A program made the translations under genes and the position numbers. A DNA stretch of 61,566 nucleotides, the filler included, from Kipferlia bialata (Eukaryota): NCBI GenBank assembly GCA_003568945.1. It is 3 parts of 3 records of this genome, joined end to end, with 100 filler letters (N's around TTAATTAATTAA, not from the genome) between each part and the next. Parts side by side here need not be neighbours in the genome. Positions count along the whole stretch, not along the records: positions 1 to 26,776 come from BDIP01000103.1; 2 more parts are not named here. One strand, given 5' to 3'. The notes under the pieces were generated by a model. That model saw only the letters and a list, made by a program, of their open reading frames with translations, was not told the DNA's origin and ran no database searches. This document shows positions 1 to 13,900 of this stretch, one piece after another. How positions within the stretch are numbered: the first letter of the stretch is position 1; each line of letters opens with the position of its first letter.

Positions 1-483
1 TTGTAAGATGCTATCACCCCCCCCCCCCCCCCCCCCCCCCGCTTCCTTCCACTATTCTCTTTCTCTCAACTCACTATGTTGTTTATCATACAGAGACAAT
101 CCGAATAGTCTGATATGTATCCTATCTATCCTCCTACCTGTCTCTCTATAAATATGTATGTCTATGTAATCACAAGTCTACTCTCCATATCTGTTCCCAG
201 TCGGCCTCGACTTGATATGTGTGTATGTGGAGCTTAGTTAAGCTCAAGATCATCCTTACGACCCCTCGTCTCTCTCCCTCTCTCCCTCTCCCCCCTCCAT
301 CTATATATATAGGTATATATACACATATATACATTTTTGATATCAGGTCAAGATCATCCTCGAGGCTGCACTAATGCTCTCGCTCCTTCTCCTCTCTCGC
401 TCTCTCTCTCGCTCTTTATCTCTGTCTCTCTATATATATATAGAAATGTATGGCTATATACATATACACATGTCTAAACCTAG

Positions 484-2807
484 GTCAAGATCATCCTCGA
501 GGCTGCCCTGATGCTCTCTGCTGCCTTCTGGAGATTGTGTCCAGACAGGGCTCAGAAGTGGCTAGATACATACCTAGAGTATAAGGTATTATTGTCCATA
601 ATCTACCATATTTACATATACATACTAATGGAGACTGTGTCCTGGACACTGTCCAGACAGGGCACATGGGTGGCTAGATACATACCTGGAGTATAAGGTG
701 ATATACATTGTACTATCGATACTGCCCCCATCTACAAGGGGTCACACTCACATATATTTATGTGTATATATACACACACATACATGCATACATATATATC
801 TATGTGTCTCTTTAATACCTTAGGCAAGAGGCGATGCCGATATCTGCCCCACCCCCATCTACAAGGGGTCACACAAGAACCACCCCATGACACGGTATGT
901 GGGGGACTCACTGGCAAACTTCAAGGTGCGACGATGCATTCAAATAGAATACGTATATATATACATTTGGGGGGAGAGAGAGAGAGAGAGAGGATGCACA
1001 TTGACACGCTATGTGGGGGACTCACTGGCAAACTTCAAGGTACGGCTATTGGCATATACGTATATGGATATGATAGCACTGCTCTCACGTAACATTCCTA
1101 GTACGCTAACCCCCAGTACTCTGCCCACCATATCTTTGCAATATGTATGTGGGTTAATTGATTATTGTGTAACTATGTCAGCCTTACCCCTAGTACTACA
1201 CATAGGGATGGGCAGGCACGACGTCGGCCCCGACGTTGCCGACTTGTTGTGTACTAAACCATCAATGCATCATTACGTACCTATGTCAGCCTCACCCCCA
1301 GTACTCAGCCCACCATGCCTTGGCACTGGCAGAGGAGTACATATACAGGTATCACTATTATAATACAGTATATCGGCATTTCATATGCTATATGTACTAC
1401 ATAATTATATGCCCACCATGCCTTGGCACTGGCTGATGAGTATCGGTACAGGTACTATAACACTATATCACAATATATCACAATACGACACCTCTATACA
1501 TTTATACGTGTATGTGCTCGCTAGTCAATATTGTATTCTGCCGTGGCACTGGCTGATGAGTATCGGTACAGGTGGGGTATATGCGTATATATAGAAAGAA
1601 ATATTTCCCAATATGTATTGCCACTCTTCATCCGTGTTGTTATGATGCTATTTGAGTATCGGCACAGGTAGTGACATTAGGTTGGGGCTCATGCTGCTAC
1701 TATCAACTTGCTACTGGCCACTTGCTAGCCCTCTGTGTATGTACTGTATATCTACTATATATCTAGTGTCTCTATACTCGGTAGATACTGTTCACCCCCT
1801 AGGTTCCACAAGACCCACAAGTCGGAGAGAGTGATACGGTTCCTGCTAGAAAACCATCCTGATCCAGGTACTTTGTGTATATACTGTGTATGTATATGCT
1901 AATCACTACTAGGCCCATATTTGATATAGGGAACTCAGACTTGTCATTCACCCTAACCCAGCCCTCTTCCCTGTCAAGGCAGAGACACACTTACCACCTC
2001 CACAGTGCATGCCACAGGAGTATCAGGTACTGTATCATATAGAATATCCTATATAGACAGATGTATATATGGGTATATACCAATACAGTATATACCACCC
2101 CCACAGTGCATGCCAGAGGAGTATCAGGTATACAATACTATGCATCTATATACTAGGAAACCTTAAAGTCTTTACATATGTCTCATTGTAGGTCCCCGGC
2201 GACACTATCCTTGGCAACAGACAGTACTACATGTTGTGGATTATACTATATATATATTTTACTAGGTCCCTGGTGACACCATCCTTGGCTACAGACAGTA
2301 CTACATGGAGGGCAAGAGGCATATATATATATACATATACATGTATCAACAGTTATATGTATATATATCTCATACCAGGTGCCAGGTGACACTATCCTAG
2401 GCTACAGACAGTACTACATGGAGGGCAAGAGACACCTCGCATCCTGGAGACGCAGGGGCAAGCCATACTGGTACACTGTGGACGACAAGCTCCTCATAGC
2501 CGCAACACGTGCTGCGGGTAGGAAGACCATATTCCTCACACCAGATAGTGATGAGACTAGTGGTACAGTAGTGAAGAGTGAGGGTGTGGCACCTATTGTT
2601 CCTATTGTGGGAGAGGTCAAGGTTAAGCAGGAGGCAGTCGATCACCTGGTCAGACTAGTGGCACCAGAGATTGATTCCCAGATTGATTCCCAGATTGATT
2701 CCCAGATTGATTCTGGGATTGATCCGTCGCATAGGGTTGGCAAGAGGAGGGTGTCGAAGAGACTTGCTGCCAAGAGGGCGAGGCAGGCACTGAAGAGTAG
2801 TGTGTGA
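484..2807 (+). CDS. Pyrimidine-dimer DNA glycosylase/endonuclease V-like protein (phage/bacterial type), spliced, 5' exon(s) missing
   Basis: Phase-compatible GT-AG exons 484-585, 824-925, 1302-1348, 1803-1867, 1962-2026 and 2379-2807. They give VKIILEAALMLSAAFWRL..PIYKGSHKNHPMTRYVGDSLANFK..YSAHHALALAEEYIYRFHKTHKS..PPQCMPQEYQVPGDTILGYRQYYMEGKRHLASWRRRGKPYWY. This follows the family pattern VKMILExAQxL / YKxxHxNHP / EYxxRYxKxH / PxAMP / YRxYY..K..AxWxxRxxPxW, recognised from memory with no HMM run. Confidence 0.8.
2669..2713 (+). repeat. 12-bp coding minisatellite (GATTGATTCCCA)x~3.7 encoding IDSQ repeats
   Basis: Direct tandem copies inside the last exon of the glycosylase-like gene. Confidence 0.95.
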
Positions 2808-3041
2808 AAGGAATGATGGAATAGATATGGTTGTATCGTACTCATGTCAATCCAGTACTTACAGTGTGAAAGGATTTGACTAAGAATACTGCTAGAGGTA
2901 ACACTATTCCCTCTATTCCTACATATACACTCTGTCCATACACTCTAGGGCGTGGACATAGAAACTCAGACACACAAACGACACACACCAACTCTCTCCA
3001 TCTCACTCTTCTGAGAAGAGTCCTCTCCGTCTCTCTCTCTG

Positions 3042-3457
3042 TTAGTTGAGTGCATCTCCCAGCTCTCTGCATAGACGTCTGTACACTTGGCCAGAGGGAG
3101 CGCATACTGATGTAAGACTAGAGAGAGATAGAGACAGAGACAGAGAGAGTATATACCAGGTGACCAGGTGAGATAATAGTACATATATCATAATATCTAT
3201 CGAGTGAGGAAGAGAGAGAGAGACATCTGCCAAGTATCAAAAGAGGGATCCCATTCTGACATATAAATATGGACAGATAGAGTAATGGAAACAATAATCA
3301 CGTATATGGATATGGATACACATGAATACCTGTCACCAGTTGGGACAGGCCTCCTCTCTCCCTCTCTCTCTCTCTGTCCCTAGGGGTGCCGGGGAGGGTC
3401 AGGTCGGGGGTGCCATCGCACACAAGCTAGAATGAGTATACAACTTGAATATACGAG

Positions 3458-3498
<41 letters not shown>

Positions 3499-6400
3499 AG
3501 GAAGGGTCAGGTCGGGGGTGCAAGCTGGAATGAGTAGAGAGACTTTACTCATATAGAGAGAGTACATGAAGAGAGAGACGTTGGCATCAATACAGCACAC
3601 AAGCTGGGATGGAAAGAGATACTTTAGTTGTATACAGAGTATTGTAGAGAGCAGTAGTACACTAGTTGCTTATACTGCGGTAGTAGTATATGAAGATATA
3701 TAGAGTAGCATATGTACCTGCAAGGTATGGTGTGGGAATCTCTCCCCATCCCGGCTGTGCCTGTCTCCCTGTCTCTCAGACTGAGGGGGGTCCAGAAGCA
3801 TCACATCCTGAGGGTGAAACACAGGGTCTAGAGAGAGAGAATAGACGAGAAAGGGTCCCGCAAGAAACTGTCACACAACGGAGAAATAGGGGTCATGAGA
3901 GAGAGAGAGACTGTACCTTGAGAGGAGCCAAGCTGGCCAGGAGTCTGTATGCCACTCTCTCTCCCCCTCTCTCCCCTCTCACTAGGCCCTTCGACAGGGT
4001 CTTGACCTTGTCAGAGATGGAGCCTGGCTTGACCTAATGATGAATTAATATACAATATTAATATACAATATACACATATATATATACTTATATATATATA
4101 CATATGAATCATCTCTAATATCTGATACTGACTATACATATATATGAGTATAGTAGAAACTGTACAGGGTCTTGACCTTGTCGGAGAGGGAGCCTGGCTT
4201 GACCTAAGGGTGAAATAGTACATATATATATATATATATATGATATATTTATCACATGACATGGGTGAGTCAGTATTCTCAGAGGTTTTCACGTTCGTAT
4301 TCACGATGCCAATACATATGCATCCTTACGTTCTGCAGTACCAGTATGACCTCATTCAGCACCAATGTGTATAGAGTAATTCATATATACACACAAACTA
4401 TATACTATAAATACTATTGTTACCATACATACGAATATACTTCAAACGCTAATAGTACCTTCTGCAGCACCATTATGACGTCACTGAGGATACACATGTC
4501 ACATGGCACAGTGCATGGCAGCATGTCACTGGGTACAGAGGGAGGGATGGATAGGAGGGTGGAACCTGAGGTGAGAACGGTATCCATATATATACAACCA
4601 TACGCGTATTACTATTCATATGTACCAATATCTAGGTGGAACCAGGGGGTAAGGAGTATATAGATGTGGGAAGATGCATGAAGCTTAAACACATACCTGG
4701 ATAGGCTGGTGCCATATCCGTAGGCACTGCCTTGTGCACACAGCACTGAACATCGGACACAGTGGATATGTGGGTACGACCGGGCTAATATGTCAGTACT
4801 GGTATGTAGAGGTGTACAAATATATGTGTATATATATGCACATATATATACATCGGACACAGTGGATATGTGGGTACGACAAGGCTGAAGATGAGTATAA
4901 CTATAATAGGTAAGAGTAAATAATTGTGCGTATTGGTATGTATACTATGTTCATCGGAGACTGGATATATAGGTGCGGCAATACTGGGTATTAGGCAAAC
5001 AACACAATCAGAAAACAACATAGTAGATATGTCTTCACAAACTATCCATACCTGCGTCAGTGCCAGTCCCTGTGGGTACACTATGGCACGGTCTAGGGCC
5101 AGGACACGCTCCATGGCCTGGGGTCAAAGACACATATATATTCACGTATACACACATATATATATCTACATAACAATGAGATAAGAGCGAGGACACGCTC
5201 CATTGCCTGGGGTCAATGTGTGAGAAGTAAACACAATTTCTCATTACCTTACCAGACTTTCACCCATTCATCCATCTTGTTCTGCCCCATACACGTATAT
5301 GACCATATGCACTGTAAAGAATATATAAATAGCAGTATTGTTGTATATATCGGTAGGAATACATATTCGTATACTTACCTCCATCTTGTTCTGCCCCCTC
5401 TGCACGTCTCTGATCACACGGTTGATAGAGCGGAGGGTGCCCTGAGTGTCAGTGACGGCATGCATATTTATAGATATACACACACACACACATATATATA
5501 TATACATAGTCTAGAGTATACATATATGTACATGTATACATACCTGCGTCTTGACTCTGATTGACCCTCTCTTCAGTCCCTTCTCCTCCTGACCTGTCCA
5601 TACAGACGCAATGTCTCCCTCTCCCTCTCCCTCTGCCTCTCCACCTCTCTCCCTAGGGGAGTGGGTCAGGAGAGACTCCATGCACTCGGCATACCTCCTG
5701 ATAATAAGGGGGTNNNNNNNNNNNNNNNNNNNNNNNNNNNNNNNNNNNNNNNNNNNNNNNNNNNNNNNNNNNNNNNNNNNNNNNNNNNNNNNNNNNNNNN
5801 NNNNNNNNNNNNNTATATGCACTATATATACTGTTAATATATACCTTGTACACTGCAAAGTGTGCCACCAGGGCAGGCTGGAACAGGTCATCGGCCCTGG
5901 GGGTCAAAAGGAGAGATAGAGATAGTGTTAGGGGGAGGGAGAGCTAGAGATAGGAGGGAAATTTACCTTGGATCCTGTTTACTACTGTCCGTGAATGCCT
6001 CCACGCACTGTCTGGCAGACATCTGTAGGGCATGGGACACAGTGGACATGGTGGCTATATGGCTGGGATTAGAGATATATATGTATATGTATAAATAGAG
6101 AGAGAGAGAGAGATATGTAGGGCAGAGGATACAGTGGACATGGTGGCTATATGACTAGGGTGAGATAGAAAGATAGATGGCATGGGTGTACATTGAAGAA
6201 TATGTATATGTGTACCTTGCCGCACTCCTAACAACTGATATCTCCCCCGCTGTGAAGCACTTGGTCAGTCTGGTCTCTGAGAGCAAGGGGGACAGGTACT
6301 GGGACAGCACCGACAGGACACCCCCATAGGCCTGAGGGTGAGAAAGGAGACAGTATACATCAATACAGACACATAATAGAAAGTATCGATGGTCACTATA

Positions 6401-9400
6401 GCAACCACGCACCGTCTCGGATGTCAGGAGCATGTTGTATATGAACTGCCTGTACTGCCGCTCCCTCTCCCTACCCCTCTCCCTCTCCCTCTCCCCCTGC
6501 AGCGTCTCCATCCTCTCCCCCACCCCACTCTCTGTAGGTACTGCATCTGCATAGTAGCTGAATGAGTATGCCCCAATCTGCCTACCCCTCGCACTATCCA
6601 GCAGGGACAGAGAGTGACTACTGTACGGTGACATGCCCATACCGTCTACAGTTGTGTGGCTACCCTCGTGTCTTATGTCACTGGCTGACACGCCAAACAC
6701 AGACACAGCCTCAGCGACACGGGGGGAGAGACTCCCGCCCTTGCTCTCCCTGGGGGAGAGAGAGGAGGGGGTGCCTAAAGCATACCCCTCACCAGCTTCC
6801 TGACCCCAGTCACTCTCTCTCTCTCCCTCTAGACCCCTATCTCTCTCCGTTGTGGACCCTGATGGTGGAAGAGATGCCTGGGGGCGCTGTGGGCGCATCT
6901 GCTTCTTCTCTCTCTTAGGAACCACCTCACTCTCACTCTCCTCTGACACGGATACCTCTTCAGAAGAGGGTGCATACGTGACGTCATCGATCTGGCATTA
7001 GTAGTCTCAGTACATAAACCCATATCAACACCTGGTATCATATATCTATACACTATACTATATACCTGGTAGGTGATGTGGGTCCGAGGTGTGCACGTAG
7101 TGGAGTGCCGTCTCTCACCCTCCACTATCCTCTCTAGTCCTGCTGCGCCCCTTACTTCTGCTGATAACACCCCTGCGGCACTATCAGGCACTGCATACAC
7201 CTCTCTATCTCCATCCACTCCCCCTTGCTCTATGTCTCTTGCCGTATGCAGACCTGATGTTGCCCTAGACGGTGCCGCTGAGCGCGTGTGGGAGTGCGAG
7301 TGGTGGATGGATGAGTTGGAGGCACCAGGTTGGGACAGGAGTCGGGAGTCGGAGAGAGAGAGCTTCCGTTCAAAGGTGCCGTCACTACTGTAGGTGTAGC
7401 TGTAGGAGCTCTCTCTTTCCATCTCTGCTTGTGACGCACACACTCTCTCTACTCCCTCCTCCCCATCCCACTGCGGTAGAGTACCCTCTACGAGTACATC
7501 ATCCTCTGTATCTGATACCACCACTGTGTCACTCACATCATCGTCATCACTGGCACTCTCTGATGCACTATTGTGGTCTCTCTCTCCACCCCTTCTGAGA
7601 GACGCTGCCCCTCTCACTGCGTTAACGTCTATGGTAGGCACTATGATGAGAGAGGGCTGGTGGGTCAGGGTGCGGACAGGCGTGGCCCAGGGCTTCACAC
7701 TGCTCTCTCTCTCAATGTCGCTATCCACACCACTTGAGAGGTCAGAGGTGGAGCTAGCAGTTCCTTCCCTCTCTGCCTCTCTCTCCAGTGTCTGTTGCTC
7801 TACCCTCACTGAGCTAGTAAGTCTCCTCCCCACCACCAAGTGAGGGGTGGCCACGCTGATATGGCCTCCCTCCATACCCACATCCTCCCCATCATCCGTC
7901 AGTGTGTCACTGACATCACTACCATCAGAGCACTCTCCATCTCCCTTTACATCCCTAGTAGGCCCTAGCCCAATCTCAGCGGGACAGGCATGTACCTCCA
8001 TGTACATACCCATACCCTCTCTCTCTCTAAAGGATACATCCACTCTAGATACAGATGGTATGCTGCCTCTCTGCCTGGTATCCTGTAGATGCCCAACCAC
8101 AACCACCCCATCACACCACTCACATGTACCCTTATGAGTAACAGGTGAATGGTTGGCTGACATAGAGACCGGTGATCCTCTCTGTGATATGGGGGAGGGA
8201 GGGAGGGAGCTGAGTATGGCTGAGCCAGTTAAGCTGTGACTCTCTCCGGTAAAAGCAGAAGGAGAGAGGTGGTTGACGAGTGCCGAGGCATCTCCTCTCA
8301 CACCTACTATCACTCTCCCCCTCTGCACCACTGTCATCTCTCTGTACAGTGCATGGAGACTGGGTATCACTGTAACACCAGCCTCGGGCACTATCAACAG
8401 GGTGTTACATGTACCCGTACCGGCTGATAGTAGGTGGGTGTATCTAGCCAGTATCTCACTCTCTCTCTCTGCGTCTCCACAGGCATCTCTCATGTCTACC
8501 AGTAGATAGGGTGTACTGGAAGTACCGGCAGCACTGTCTACACCAGAAGCAGAGGGAGAGAGTGGTACATACTCTCTACCCATCTGGACCTCACCGACGC
8601 ACAGTGTCTCTCTCTCCGTACCCGTTTCACTCTCAGCTGGGTATACTGTAGCACCATGTGCGTTGACAACCAGACCCTGGGACCCAATGCAGTCTCTCTC
8701 TCTCCCCCTCTTCTGACGGCGGTGCCACTCCTCAAACCTACGGTTAGATAGGATGAAGTATTCAATCTTACGATGCATGTATTCATATGTGTATATCTAT
8801 ACCTCTGCCTTTGTAGCTGGGATGTGACAATGGCATGGTCCGTGAGGGTGTATGTAGAATATACACTATATACATTATATATTCACTATGTATACATATA
8901 CATGCATATACCTTTGTCTGGGTAGTTGAGGGGTGACAATGGCATGGTCAGTGAGGGTGTCAACGTCAATCAGAGAGGCCTGGCAGTGAGAGGATAGTAT
9001 ATAGAATAATCGAGAGTGAAGTCTGACATACACGAGTAGTATATTTAGAGTAAATATATGGTAAATGTGGTATATATGTAGTACCTCAGCCAAGAACCCC
9101 AGCACCTCCTGTGCCGACAGGTGACTGATGGAGTCGGACAGGGCAGTATAGATTAACAAGTACACCCACACACACATATATATATATATACTACTATTAT
9201 CAATACCTTAGCAAGGTATCCCTGTACTTCCTGTGCCGACAGGTGACTGATGGAGTCTGACAGAGCAGTCAATATATAGTATATAATACATGTGTAGTAC
9301 ATACATAGTACCTTTGCTAAATATCCCAGTACTTCCTGTGCCGACAGGTGACTGATGGAGTCTGACAGGGCAGTGTCCAGGGAATGACTGGCGACAAGGT

Positions 9401-10919
9401 CAGTCCCTCTATCGTGCTCACCGTCGACATCCATCTCTCTCTCTCCCTCAGCCTAAAGAGTAAGCGGGAGGTAGGAAAGAGAACACATGAATATTCTACA
9501 CCAACATACTCACTGAAAGGAATGAAAGTCAGAAGATCCTATACAGTTATGAGTACGTGTATTGGCAAATAGTACCTGAGGCATCGTCGTTGCGGCATAC
9601 ACTGACAGCGAGAGGTGTGAGGTGTAAGACGGGGTTGCACCACTGTATCTCTGGGGGGAGGCAGAGGGTGAGACCCCAAACTGGGATAGTATGTTTCTCT
9701 CCCTCTGCTCCTCTGGTGTGACACCGTCACCATCAACCACGACTAGAGGCTCATCTCCCTCTCTCTCTCCCTCTCTCTCCTCCGTCTGTCTCTCTCTCTC
9801 CTCTCTGTACAGTATGTCTGCAGCATCGATCAGCTGGTGCAGCGCATTCCTAGAGAGTGAGAGAGTAAGAGAAACTCGTATAAATGCACTATCTAGTATA
9901 TTATACTATCACTAATATGTTAGTGTGTCTGCTGCATCGATCAGCTGGTGCAGCGCATTCCTAGAAATGAGGTAGAGAGAGAGAAACTCGTATAAATGCA
10001 CTATCTAGTATAGTATACTATCACTAATATGTTAGTATGTCTGCAGCATCGATCAGCTGGTGCAGCGCATTCCTAGAAATGAGGTGGAGAGAGGCAAGAC
10101 ATTAATGTACATTCATCATTATACTATAGAGCATAGTATACTATCCCTATTATGTTAGTATGTGGAATAAGCTACATCAACTGGTGCAGCGCATTCCTAG
10201 AGGGTGAGACAGAAAGAGAAACAATAATGCATTACTAAAGAGAAGTCAAAGTCACTATGAGTTTAGGGAAACAAAATATGGGTATATATATGTCAAGAGC
10301 GACAAACAAGAATAATATATAGTATATATATATATAAGTAGTGGGATGAACCTGTTAGTTGTGTCGAACTGGGACAGCATTGAGACAGAGACCACTCTGC
10401 TACAGGCACTCCTCTGTCTATGCATGCCCCTGGGGGTTAGTGGTATAGACAATAGTATACACAAATGGTATATACACATGTACATACCCACTGATATCGT
10501 CCCCTAGCCCTATGTCCAGGTGGGTGGGGGCAGCGCCTGCAACGGCTCTAGCACTGAGGGTGAGATAAATAGACTACAAAACACACAGTACAGTACACCT
10601 AGTTACTATCTCACAGTAGTCATTGCCAATAGAGTTCTATATATCTGTACCTATCTGCCTGCGTATAGTCATTAGTATCTAGTTGTATATATATCTATAA
10701 GTATGTGTATGAAAATATACCTAGCTGCCTGCCACACATTGGCCAGGTGGGGTCCAAACACATCGACACCCTTGGCCCTCAGGGCAACTACACAGAGGGA
10801 CCTATTGATAAGAACAAGGTGTATTATAGATACAACACTTATACACAATGATACGCATACACATCGACACCCTAGGCCCTCAGGGCTACCACACAGAGGG
10901 ATCTGATGTCATTATGAAT

Positions 10920-10958
<39 letters not shown>

Positions 10959-13900
10959 CATATATATACATGTATATATATATATACATAGTATGTACAC
11001 ATCGACACCCTGGGCCCTCAGGGCAACTACACAGAGGGACCTAAAATTAAACAGAAAACATCATACATACACACACGCATATACATATACATATATATAT
11101 ATATACGTTAATCAAATGTATTGATCGCTGGGCCCTGATGAAGTGTAAGGCTGTTAGTCCAGTGAGACTCCACTTCTCAGTAGACTCACAGGTTACAATA
11201 TATACAATGGTGCTATCATTACCTAGTGACACTTTACCTTACTTTACCTGGTGACACACACATATATAAATATATATATGTATATATCCCATACCTTGTA
11301 ACAAGTGTCGCCAGAGATGCCCTGGCAAGTGCTGTTAACCTCGGTATGAGAGAGAAGAGGACTATGGATACGAAGGCTGAAATACCCACTATCAGAAGGA
11401 ACCAGTATCAGACAGTATATGTACATGTGTGTGTTTAAAGAGAGACGAATCGCCACCAACCGAGAGAGAGAGATATATATCATACCTCATGATGTGTCTG
11501 GGTGATGGGGCTACAGCCAACCAGTTCAGGGCACTCTGCACGGTCTGTAACCTAATAGTAAGCAAAGAGTGAGAAAACATACAATGATAATAACATATAT
11601 ATGATACATCAGAGTGAGAGTAATATATTCAATGAAATCAGTTCAAGGCACTCTGCACGGTCTGAAGCCTGAGAGTGAGTATATACATTACGTATATATA
11701 TATATGTGTCTGATGTATAGTATCAGGGCACTGCAGGGTATGAACAATGACAGAAGTAACATACATATAATAGAAGTGGGTCTTGACAGATATATGAAGT
11801 AACATGAGGAGAAATAGATACATGCCAACCTTGTAATGCCTGTTGGCAGTTCAGCTTCTCTCTCCATCTCCCTCTCCCTCCCCTGCCTCTTTACCAGTCT
11901 GAGCAGTGCCGCAGACAGTGCCTGACACCCACTGATGCATCTACCAGTGTGTCTAGACCCAAGCAGTGGTGATACACCCCCCTTCCTACTAGCCTCTAGT
12001 ATGGATGCACCCACTCTACTGGCTGTTGGACTGCCACCAAGGGTAACACCTAGCACACCTATAGGTTAGACCAGTACAGCCAGAATGGTGCGGATATCAG
12101 ACACATACACTTTACTTCATGTCTTCAATAATGATACCGGGTGGCAGTGTGTCCTCTACATATGAAGAGGAGACAAACCAAGGAGTATATGTATAGTACA
12201 TATACTCCATATATAGTAGAAATATACTCATTATACACGTATTGTGAATTATTTGATTATACCTGGAGGTAGTGTGTCCTCTACATATGAAGCAGAGAGT
12301 GGTGCCCCACCCTCTCCCTCTCCCTCTCTTGATGTGGACTCTGCCACTACCCTGGCCGTGGCCTCTCCCCTAGCAATGGCAAGGAGGATGGAACCGAGAT
12401 TATATCTGAGGTCAGACTGGATAGTATTTCTTGGGATGATTTAGTAGCAACAGTGGCCTCTCCCCTAGATATGGCAATGAGGATGGAACCAATGTTATAC
12501 CTACAGTGAGCGGAAGGTATGAGAAAGAGAAGTATCCGTTGTACATATTGAATGAGGAAAAGAAGGAGAAGAGATTTTGGAGAGAGATACGAGTCGTGGA
12601 AAACCGGGAGGGGGAAGACAATCATCATCATTGTGAGACAGAATAGCATACATACTAACCTGACCGACAGGGACATCGAGAGTGACATTGGCAGAGTCTG
12701 TTCCTCCGAGGGAGATAGACTGTCAAACCCAACCAAGGGGTCAGATACAGTCTCCAATAGCATAGCACAGACTCTGTGGGATAGGGACAGAGCATCAAGG
12801 CAGTCGTAGGTGTACACCCTCCTCTCCCCCTCTCCCTCTCCCTCTTGGCCTTCCAGTCCCTCTACAAACCCTGTTGTAGCTGCACTGAACACACCCTCTA
12901 GCACTGGTAATAGTCTATCAACTCTGATGTTAGGTGGTTCAGACAAAGAGAGTAGGAGTACGGGTGGTTATTCCGTAATCGATTACCATACTGGAGTAAG
13001 AATGACTGGTCTACAATTCTGATCACAACTTGGCCAAATAATGAGAGTAACTGTATCAAAAGAGTAGTACTCTAATACCATACCTGGCATCCAAGGGGGA
13101 GATAATAATAGAGATTAGGCGAACACACAAATGTCAAATGACAATTAATTAGAGTCAATGTATGACTATTGCTGATACCTGGCATCCAAGGGGGAGAGGT
13201 ACACAAAGGGGGAGAGAACTATAGAGATTAAGCTAATACACAAATGTCGAATGACAAGAAATAAGAGTCGATGTATGAATGATATGATACCTGGCATCCA
13301 AGGGTGAGAGGTACACCAGTGGGGAGAGAGGGAGGGCAGAGGAGGGTAGGGGCCCTGAGGGTCTCTCAAACAGGACACCCGCTGCGACTAGCTCATCCTT
13401 AGATAGTAGGGATAAGGCATCTAGACACGACAATACATGGACCTCCTCTCTCTCTCTCTCTCTATCCACCTGTCCCTCCCCCTCTCCCTCTAAGAGAACT
13501 GTGGAAGTAGCAGTGGCCAGTGGCATCTCCGACAGGCTATCGCGTAGATTAGCCATGGCAGTGTGGAGTGTGGTACCAGTGTAAAGGGAGGAGGTGTATG
13601 CGGAGAGGGTAGGGGGCACGTCTGAGAGACGCATACCCCTCTTTGCTGCTGTCTGCTGGGCACTCTCCACCAGTGCAGTGTACCCACCCACACTAGACAC
13701 AGCATCGCATACAGTCTGGGGTGAGAAGGGTAGTAGTGACATATATACTCAGCCTGGAAGAGAGAAGCGGTGAGTGAGAACAAGAACCTTGAGAAAGAAA
13801 GAGAGTAGATAAAATGCAGATATCGTGTGAGAGATATATGAATACAGAAGTGGAGAGAGGGTAAGAACCTGTGTTGCGAAGAGTGAGAGCGATAGCAGCT

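Noticed and set aside
2669..2713. Link between the GATTGATTCCCA coding repeat and ATTGATTCC motifs at 23516-23860
   Set aside because: The latter derive from local echoes of the IDSM exon. The similarity is short and probably coincidental.
8200..11560. Possible neurofibromin-like RasGAP + Sec14 domains in the large minus-strand protein (FSLRIHSPLLS; PYLLVDM)
   Set aside because: Only faint resemblance; the FLR..PA..P motif and arginine finger could not be established.
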